This document shows, piece by piece, positions 57,764 to 64,000 of a stretch of DNA of 64,000 nucleotides. Every line of letters begins with the position of its first letter. The stretch's first letter is position 1. The translations under genes were made by a program, and so were the position numbers. The DNA is from a virus. The notes beneath the pieces are model-generated. The model did no database searches. It worked only from the letters and a program-made list of their open reading frames with translations, and was not told the origin of the DNA. The stretch lies in IMG/VR virus record IMGVR_UViG_3300025120_000034, positions 7,554 through 71,553 of that record; one strand, 5' to 3'.

Positions 57764-59884
57764 CTAGGAGTGCCACACTTTAGGCTTGAAAGTCCTTATA
57801 AACTGCTTGTTTGTGAAACTAGATTGCTTCTTTTCTTGCTTAACTTTTTGAGCGGCTAAAAGGGCTAGACCAGAACTTATAGTAAGGTCAAACTTAGTCC
57901 TGTTGTCTATCTTGTAGCCAATCCAATCTTCTAGGGTCTTATTAAAGTACATGTTTCCGAACTCGTCGGACTCTGGCTTGATGCCTACGTGGTTATGTAT
58001 GTAAGCCTCAATTGCCTGAGCGTGAGACTGTATTACATCCTGGGAGTTAGATGGTATGCCTTTGGTTCTAACGTTTTTGGATGAACCAGGAGTTTTCAGG
58101 AAGTCGGGGCGATCCATTAAGTATCCGTCGTAACCTCTTGATTCAAAGTACCTTACGATACCGTACTTATTGTTCTCTACAAGTAAAGGATACCCGTAAA
58201 AGAAAGCGCACATTAAAACGTCTTCGTAAAATATACTGGCTAAATCTGGACGGGAGGCATATTCCGCAACGAACATATTGGCAGGGCCTTCCATGTTGAA
58301 CTTGTTGTACATGTGTAAAGCGCCCTTAGATCCTCTGCCGTCAACTGTTGAATCCAAGTCGTAGGAGTCAACACCGCCGCAACCTATATGTCCGTTTGGG
58401 GCAACCTTCTTGCCTCCTTCTTCTTTCTTTACGTTCTTGTTTTTAGGCATCCAGGAAACCCTAAACCTGCCGTTTGGGTCAGGAGAAAAAGCCACCTCCT
58501 CATCTTTTTTAACCCATACAAAGTTGCCTTTTACTACAGGATTAGGAAACAAGTCGTCGTTGTATTCTATCTGTTGGTAAATCTTACCCAAATTAAAAAG
58601 ACTTCCCTGAATGCTATCTCTAAACGCCTCGTCCTCAGTAAAGGGGAATTGACGTACTATTTCGTTTAGCTCGGAAGGGTCGTCTTTAAATGACTGGCGA
58701 TCATTCTTAAGGTATCGTTTGCTGCCTTCTTCGATAGGATCCCCGTCTATACCTTGTATGTTTTGGGGAGGATCATCAACAATGGAATTGCCGTATACGT
58801 CGAAAAAACCTTCAAGAGCATCATAGGCTGGGATGAATATTCTGTATAATCCAGATCTAGTTCGTCCGTTGTTGTTTCTTTCAGTAGGCTTTGAGTCTTT
58901 CCAAAGCTCTCTGTATTCGCTACCGCCTTTACTCATTGGGTTAACGGTAGACCCTACAAGGGCCTTCCCAACAATCCTCTTACCGACTATTAAACAGGTT
59001 CTTTCTATCCTCCAAGCCTCTCTGATGTCAGTGGGCTTCTCCCACTTACCAGCTTCGTCAAGATATAGCATGTGAAGCTTTTCCCCGTCATAAGCGTTAT
59101 TAGTGGTGTTCTTCCAGTTGATAACCGTATTAAGAGCATCACCCCTATGGGATGTTTTATTGTTTTTGGTTATACGCTTCGACGGTTCACGGAATGCCAA
59201 CTCCATGCGGGGGTTTGTAGTACCGTCCTGGATGGGTTTGAAAAAGAATGGATAGCTGCGAAAGATCGCAACCACCTTCTTCATGAAAATGTTCTCCTGC
59301 GAGTCTTTACCAGTTTTCGACTGTATGCCAAGAAGCTTCTCTTTAACTTGACTAGCTTCATCCACCAAGACAGCAGAGCATATGTTAGTGTAGCCAGAAC
59401 GACGACACTTAGTATAAAGCTGACCGAAACAACGAGGGTCAACTTCACAAGCAGCCATGTGCGTAAAGATGTCTTTTTGGAAAGAGAGGTATGATGGATA
59501 TCCGACATCAATTTTAGACCATTGTAGAAACATATAGTGTCTCCCTGTAATATACGTAGGTTCCCCATTATTGTAAAACCATAAACCGTCGCGCCTACGC
59601 TGAAACTCTTGTTCGATGTAAGAACGAAACTTGTTCCGAAACTCGGCAGGTTTTTCGAACCACTCATCCATGCTGCGTATCCTTTGCATTTCCTCTGGCA
59701 TAGGTGCGCGTTTCCACATTTGCAGCTTCTTTGGCTGGTCATGGAAGAGGATTTTCGATTTGAGCGGTTTCTTTGGAAGGACCACGAGTAGCCCGTGGAG
59801 CTCGACAACTTCTCCTTCTGTAACGTTAGGGTCGATCTTAATCCCTTTAGTTTCATAACCCTTTATATCTGTTAAAACGGACAT
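57764..59884 (-). CDS. terL: Terminase large subunit, copy B
   Basis: 706 aa; same motifs as copy A (KCRRSGYT, LDEAGKW, GGVDSYD). Confidence 0.92.
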   Translation of the reverse strand: MSVLTDIKGYETKGIKIDPNVTEGEVVELHGLLVVLPKKPLKSKILFHDQPKKLQMWKRAPMPEEMQRIRSMDEWFEKPAEFRNKFRSYIEQEFQRRRDGLWFYNNGEPTYITGRHYMFLQWSKIDVGYPSYLSFQKDIFTHMAACEVDPRCFGQLYTKCRRSGYTNICSAVLVDEASQVKEKLLGIQSKTGKDSQENIFMKKVVAIFRSYPFFFKPIQDGTTNPRMELAFREPSKRITKNNKTSHRGDALNTVINWKNTTNNAYDGEKLHMLYLDEAGKWEKPTDIREAWRIERTCLIVGKRIVGKALVGSTVNPMSKGGSEYRELWKDSKPTERNNNGRTRSGLYRIFIPAYDALEGFFDVYGNSIVDDPPQNIQGIDGDPIEEGSKRYLKNDRQSFKDDPSELNEIVRQFPFTEDEAFRDSIQGSLFNLGKIYQQIEYNDDLFPNPVVKGNFVWVKKDEEVAFSPDPNGRFRVSWMPKNKNVKKEEGGKKVAPNGHIGCGGVDSYDLDSTVDGRGSKGALHMYNKFNMEGPANMFVAEYASRPDLASIFYEDVLMCAFFYGYPLLVENNKYGIVRYFESRGYDGYLMDRPDFLKTPGSSKNVRTKGIPSNSQDVIQSHAQAIEAYIHNHVGIKPESDEFGNMYFNKTLEDWIGYKIDNRTKFDLTISSGLALLAAQKVKQEKKQSSFTNKQFIRTFKPKVWHS

Positions 59885-60072
59885 TAATAGCTCTGACCGT
59901 GTGAGTTCATTCTGCCCAACGAAGGTACACCTTCTTTAGGGTTTTTAATCTCCATTTGTTCACCGCATTCACACTGCCCTTCAGGGTAGTAAACGCTACC
60001 GCCCTTAAATTTCATGGTAAGGCTTCTTACAGATCTCTCTGCTTTACATTTTTCGCAAATTAAGTCTGGCAT
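59884..60072 (-). CDS. Small zinc-ribbon protein, copy B
   Basis: CEKC...CECG; homologue of 3167..3352. Confidence 0.75.
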   Translation of the reverse strand: MPDLICEKCKAERSVRSLTMKFKGGSVYYPEGQCECGEQMEIKNPKEGVPSLGRMNSHGQSY

Positions 60073-60089
60073 CTTGTTTGATTTTATTG

Positions 60090-60163
60090 TACCCTCACTA
60101 GGAATCGAACCTAGAACCTACAGCTTAGAAGGCTGTTGCTCTATCCAGTTGAGCTATAAGGGC
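60090..60163 (-). tRNA. tRNA-Arg (anticodon TCT)
   Basis: Minus strand GCCCTTATAGCTCAACTGGATAGAGCAACAGCCTTCTAAGCTGTAGGTTCTAGGTTCGATTCCTAGTGAGGGTA folds as a full cloverleaf. Confidence 0.93.
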
Positions 60164-60238
60164 TTGTAGTTAACTATTTGTTTGGTTGTGCTGGTTTGGT
60201 CAAAGATGTAATCCTCCCAGTATATTAGCCCACTAGCT

Positions 60239-60529
60239 TCATTTAGAGAATCTTTCTGCAAATCCTCCTGAGTAGTCTTTTGTTTGTTCAATTTCTCCAT
60301 TGTTACTTAGTTCTTTAACCATTTGCTCTAGTCTCTGGCGCTCCACCAAAAGCTCTTTACAGTCAACGGCAGTCTGCTTTATGGATTGGAGCTCAGCCTT
60401 ACGCGCAGAACCTCCCGCCTCAGGATCGACAGGCTTTTTTACCTCTTCGATCATATTGTCGATAGCGACCTCCATGCTGTGCATTAGCCTTTTCGCAGCC
60501 GATATAGTCGTGAATTTAGGCTTCGACAT
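60239..60529 (-). CDS. Conserved 96-aa protein, possible terminase small subunit, copy B
   Basis: Near-identical to 3355..3645. Confidence 0.6.
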   Translation of the reverse strand: MSKPKFTTISAAKRLMHSMEVAIDNMIEEVKKPVDPEAGGSARKAELQSIKQTAVDCKELLVERQRLEQMVKELSNNGEIEQTKDYSGGFAERFSK

Positions 60530-61100
60530 AGTATATATCGTCTAGTCTCGTTCTGTAGAAGGTGTCTCCGTCGATCTTGAAGGAGTAGTCAGAGTCTTTC
60601 CTTACTCCAACTACGTCTCCTTTCTTCACGCCTAAGTCTTTTAGCTTTTTATTTTCAAAAGCGACTTTAGCTGTTTTAACTTGAGGTTCCTTGAGTTTAA
60701 CAATTTGTATGCCACTTGAAGAAGCTTCGGGCTTTTGCTCAACATGACTGAGAATTGACCAGGAAGAGAGAGCAGAGATTTTACCAGTCCTTTTAGACTT
60801 GTAAGCAAAAGCTTGAGAACTAACGGCATGGTCAGGATGATAATGAACAACAAAATGATTATCGTCAACAGGAAGAGGCTGAGCGTCAGCCATAACAACG
60901 AGGTGATGAAAGTAAAGGGTGTCCCCTTTCTCAACGCCTGTTTCGTGTTTCGCAGGAACAGCAACAACTTCTCCTTCATTTACTCTGTTTTTAAATGGTT
61001 CAAATTTGGTGTCTATATAAAGCTTTAGGCCACCTTCTGTTTCTATCTCGTCTTCAAACTTCTTTTCGAGATAAACAATAAAGTTATTTAGACTCTTCAT
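60516..61100 (-). CDS. GroES/Cpn10-like co-chaperonin (double length), copy B
   Basis: GEVVAVP...VEKGDTLYFHH; SSGIQI; VKKGDVVG; homologue of 3632..4216. Confidence 0.65.
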   Translation of the reverse strand: MKSLNNFIVYLEKKFEDEIETEGGLKLYIDTKFEPFKNRVNEGEVVAVPAKHETGVEKGDTLYFHHLVVMADAQPLPVDDNHFVVHYHPDHAVSSQAFAYKSKRTGKISALSSWSILSHVEQKPEASSSGIQIVKLKEPQVKTAKVAFENKKLKDLGVKKGDVVGVRKDSDYSFKIDGDTFYRTRLDDIYYVEA

Positions 61101-61101
61101 A

Positions 61102-61338
61102 TTAAAAATTTAAATCAAATTCAACTATGCATGGCATCTCTTCCACGCTTTTCCATAGCATTGTAGATCCGTCGCGCTCTATATACACAAGATACCTTTT
61201 TATTGATTTCTTGAATAATAGCTCGTCGTCTAAAATGATAGCAGAGACAAGTCCGTTTCCTGCCCTCATACCTACGTAATAGGCCATACCTTCTTTCGGG
61301 TTTGGCCCGATAACAATTTTTCTAATAAGTCCTTCCAT
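61102..61338 (-). CDS. Conserved hypothetical protein (78 aa), copy B
   Basis: Homologue of 4213..4449. Confidence 0.8.
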   Translation of the reverse strand: MEGLIRKIVIGPNPKEGMAYYVGMRAGNGLVSAIILDDELLFKKSIKRYLVYIERDGSTMLWKSVEEMPCIVEFDLNF

Positions 61339-61634
61339 TAGTTCAGGGATATACCCAGTCCACCAAGAAGATTGTCTAATGAGTCGTCATCCGAATAAGC
61401 GGTATCCATAACCTGCTTTAATGTTTCTAACTCTTCCCTGTTCTCAAGGTTGAAGCTATACATTGTTTTCATCTCTGCGCTGTCATCGTCCTCCTCAACG
61501 GCGTCAAAGTCTATGACTCCAACAACTATAGAGGCAAGGGTTCGGTCTTTCATTTCGAACTCATCAATCGTCTCCTCCATCTTTTTGACGAGAGAGTACA
61601 TTTCGGCAAAGAAGAGGGTGTCTTTAGGGTTCAT
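61338..61634 (-). CDS. Acidic hypothetical protein (98 aa), copy B
   Basis: Syntenic with 4456..4740. Confidence 0.7.
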   Translation of the reverse strand: MNPKDTLFFAEMYSLVKKMEETIDEFEMKDRTLASIVVGVIDFDAVEEDDDSAEMKTMYSFNLENREELETLKQVMDTAYSDDDSLDNLLGGLGISLN

Positions 61635-61638
61635 GATG

Positions 61639-61661
61639 TAAATTTGTTTGAGTCAAATATA
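61639..61661. promoter_or_regulatory. Overlapping divergent TAnnTTTG promoters, copy B
   Basis: TAAATTTG (+, 61639-61646) and CAAATATA (61654-61661). Confidence 0.65.
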
Positions 61662-61674
61662 CGACACATTTTAC

Positions 61675-62091
61675 ATGCCTAGGTCAACAGTTAGAAAAAC
61701 GAGATTGTTTAGAGATGTTTCCATGCTTCCAGAAAAGTATGTAAAACAAAACTTCTTAAAGAACATAAGGAGTGCTACGGACATGTTCTTGGACGGAAGC
61801 GATCTGACCAAAAGCTACCTGTACTTTATGCTGTTCATATATGATCTTGAGTTCTTCACGATATCCTGGGTGGCTAGCGAGTACGGAATGAACAAAAAGA
61901 ATTTAGCTGACAGGATGATATACCCACTAGTATCTATGGGGTATATATACAAGCACTTCGATAGACTCACGCCTTCCTCGACAGCCGAGGATCACTTGTT
62001 TCGTGATGAGACAAAATATAACTACAGAGTTCGTTATGCGATGTCACAGAAAGGAAGGCTAGCGGTGCAGCGTTTTTACAACACCTTGTAG
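61675..62091 (+). CDS. Winged-helix (MarR-like) DNA-binding protein, copy B
   Basis: Homologue of 5624..6052. The ATG at 61675 (MPRSTVRK) aligns with MSRHHPVRK; the track's 61648 start lies inside the promoter. Confidence 0.65.
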   Translation: MPRSTVRKTRLFRDVSMLPEKYVKQNFLKNIRSATDMFLDGSDLTKSYLYFMLFIYDLEFFTISWVASEYGMNKKNLADRMIYPLVSMGYIYKHFDRLTPSSTAEDHLFRDETKYNYRVRYAMSQKGRLAVQRFYNTL

Positions 62092-62537
62092 TACACTCCC
62101 TTTTCATCTCGGTAGGCTCGCTTGATCTGCTTCCTGTTGTTTCCGCCCTCTTTGAATGACACATGTATCCAGGCAGGGTTCTCGTCATCACCGAACTCCC
62201 AGATCATTTGGTCCCATTCCAGGTTCTTCTTAATGAAGTCGAATATCTCTGAGTTGTTAACCTTCCCATACATATCGGCGTCTATATCAATAGCTTCCCC
62301 GATCATATGCTGAGAGTATTTACTTCCTCCAATCGCTTTGTTCAGCGCCTTTGATCTAAATCCAGAGGTAACACCGATGGGTACACCAAAGTGATCACGT
62401 ATAGGTTGAAAGATATGGTCTGCTACAGCCTGTAGGTTGTGAATGGCCCACTGGTCAGGGGTGTTGTCTATCCCCTTTCGGGTCGCGGTGTTTGATTTCA
62501 CCACCTCCTTTAACGTAAGGTTTTTGCTTAATTTCAT
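62076..62537 (-). CDS. Peptidase M15 endolysin (Zn D-Ala-D-Ala carboxypeptidase fold)
   Basis: SGFRS..LN.AIGG...SQH..GEA.D, DQ.IWE, WIHVS; promoter TAACTTTG at 62619-62626. Confidence 0.88.
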   Translation of the reverse strand: MKLSKNLTLKEVVKSNTATRKGIDNTPDQWAIHNLQAVADHIFQPIRDHFGVPIGVTSGFRSKALNKAIGGSKYSQHMIGEAIDIDADMYGKVNNSEIFDFIKKNLEWDQMIWEFGDDENPAWIHVSFKEGGNNRKQIKRAYRDEKGVYYKVL

Positions 62538-62713
62538 TTTTCTGAGCCACCCAAGACGGGTTGATTCTTTTAATTCGAGGATTGTGATAATATTTCTTCA
62601 ATCTATGATTGAATATAGCAAAGTTAGAAAAAAAATTTGTGAGATCGAAAAGTTTGTCTTACCTTGAGATCAGCAAACCGAATTTACGAAACAATTTAAA
62701 ACAGTTATTTGCT

Positions 62714-62911
62714 ATGAACAATTCATTCTTTATCCCCGCTACACTGGTAGCAATCTTTTTCGCTGTGTCTGCAATCTGCATCCTCGATACAGCGCCCCGT
62801 CCAACTGGCGATGTCGTCAAAAGCCAGGCTCAATTATTTGAGAACCACATTGTGGAAGGCATGATTGCCCGACAACAAGCTAAGCTAGACGCTATTAAAA
62901 AGAAGCTTTAA
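62714..62911 (+). CDS. Small membrane-anchored protein
   Basis: ATG at 62714 (MNNSFFIPATLVAIFFAVSAICIL) with a hydrophobic N-terminus; same slot and strand as 6660..7151. Confidence 0.5.
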   Translation: MNNSFFIPATLVAIFFAVSAICILDTAPRPTGDVVKSQAQLFENHIVEGMIARQQAKLDAIKKKL

Positions 62912-63689
62912 TTACAGGCTGATCAGCTTGTAAGAAGAACCCTCTTTGAGTAGGGTCTTTATAAACCTCGGACATTACCATTGAATTGATCGCACCGCGA
63001 TTTTGATTCCTGGTAAATAGTTCGGGGTTTTTTCGTGCTAGTTCTTTCATGAACTCCATTGCATATGGATCTCTAGCATTTACTCCTGCCTCTTTCATGA
63101 GCTCAAACACCTTTGGTGTAGCATACATGTCTTTTCCGTCTTGTCTAAACCCTTGAGCAAAAGCATCCTTCTCACCACCCAGTGTTCTGTATCCAGCATC
63201 TGGGTTCTTAGAGTCTTTTCTGGTGTAGGCCCTTACGTTAGACGTGGTAGGCTCAAACATAATCGGCTGTGAAGAAGACTCCTCTCTAGGCTGTTCTTCT
63301 CTTCCCCCTCCCATAAGCATTCTGGCTAGGTCTTGCCTGACTGGTTGAGGTCCTCTTCGTCTCACAGGCATCATGTTTTCACCTCGTGGGGATTCTTCTG
63401 ACGGCATCTCATAGCCCTCAATAGCTCTCAAGGCAGAAGCCAGTCCTGGCATAGCCACATCCGTAGATTTTTCACTTCCTTGAGAAGGCATTGATCCTGA
63501 CTCTTGGGCTGCGTTATCTGCTGCAACCATGCTTGCGATAGCCGCCAAAGCCTCTTTTCTTGGATCCCCCTCAACTGGACCTCCTACAGCGTACTTTTTT
63601 ACCATACCGCCATATCTGTAACTGTTGCATCCTGCACATTTAGGCTTTCCGCAGCCACAACCACCAGACTTAGATTTTCTTACCATCAT
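62895..63689 (-). CDS. Hypothetical protein with Cys-rich N-terminus and YxxGG motifs (264 aa)
   Basis: TATATTTG element at 63694-63701 just upstream; syntenic with 7152..7736. Confidence 0.75.
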   Translation of the reverse strand: MMVRKSKSGGCGCGKPKCAGCNSYRYGGMVKKYAVGGPVEGDPRKEALAAIASMVAADNAAQESGSMPSQGSEKSTDVAMPGLASALRAIEGYEMPSEESPRGENMMPVRRRGPQPVRQDLARMLMGGGREEQPREESSSQPIMFEPTTSNVRAYTRKDSKNPDAGYRTLGGEKDAFAQGFRQDGKDMYATPKVFELMKEAGVNARDPYAMEFMKELARKNPELFTRNQNRGAINSMVMSEVYKDPTQRGFFLQADQPVIKASF

Positions 63690-63712
63690 ATCGCAAATAT
63701 AACTATATTTTT

Positions 63713-64000
63713 TTATCCAGGATAATAGCTATTGGAGTAGTACATACCCTGAGGCTGTTGGTACTGAGGGCCTCCAGAGTTCACCGCACCCCCAACATTT
63801 GGATCAAACCCATAGCTAAGCTGAGAGTTGTCCTGCATAGGCACTTCAGGTAGTGCTATTGGTTCTGGTTTTAGGGTTTTATATATGTCCATACCCACAT
63901 CTACTACAGGCTTAACCGTGTCTACCACCTTCTTTACCTTCTGAGCTCCCTGTAAGATCTTTGCACCCGTGCTCAACGCTGTCGTCCCTGCCGTGGTTGC
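63713..64000 (-). CDS. Hypothetical protein, C-terminal part (5' end beyond window)
   Basis: The frame stays open to the window edge; the track's 63976 start is an internal TTG. Confidence 0.55.
   Translation of the reverse strand, partial: ATTAGTTALSTGAKILQGAQKVKKVVDTVKPVVDVGMDIYKTLKPEPIALPEVPMQDNSQLSYGFDPNVGGAVNSGGPQYQQPQGMYYSNSYYPG

Noticed and set aside
55337-62091. Direct terminal repeat or circular overlap with 1-6 kb
   Set aside because: The copies differ extensively in nucleotide sequence and gene content (tRNA, 278-aa gene, lysin), so this is not an exact repeat.
1-64000. Stop-codon reassignment or diversity-generating retroelement
   Set aside because: Genes are intact and densely packed in the standard code; no reverse transcriptase, suppressor tRNA or TR/VR pair was seen.

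Overview
The window is entirely dsDNA tailed-phage sequence with a podovirus-like layout. The host is probably Bacteroidota (Flavobacteriales), judged from recurrent TAnnTTTG promoters and AT-rich leaders lacking Shine-Dalgarno sites. It holds about one genome equivalent (~56.7 kb between homologous terminase/portal starts). A plus-strand early/replication arm at ~10-22.2 kb encodes ArdC, a recombinase-exonuclease pair, tRNA-Arg, a primase-helicase and nucleases. A long minus-strand virion arm encodes portal, fibre-like proteins, scaffold, capsid, adaptors, nozzle, internal proteins, a 3322-aa giant, holin and an M43 protease. The packaging cassette (wHTH switch, GroES-like, small proteins, TerL, portal) occurs twice, at 1-6 kb and 55-62 kb, as diverged homologues rather than an exact repeat. 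GATC and CCWGG appear absent left of ~49.4 kb and common to the right, which suggests two related phage genomes joined inside a fibre gene (recombinant or assembly chimera). Other notable signals are a repeated ECF-like early promoter with upstream tandem boxes, conserved overlapping divergent promoters, an unannotated 43-aa peptide resembling the NrdA redox tail, structured RNA candidates around the tRNA, a shared 'xxGG-V-GDP' motif, and an A11 slippery site in the giant gene. All family assignments are by eye from motifs and synteny; no searches were run.
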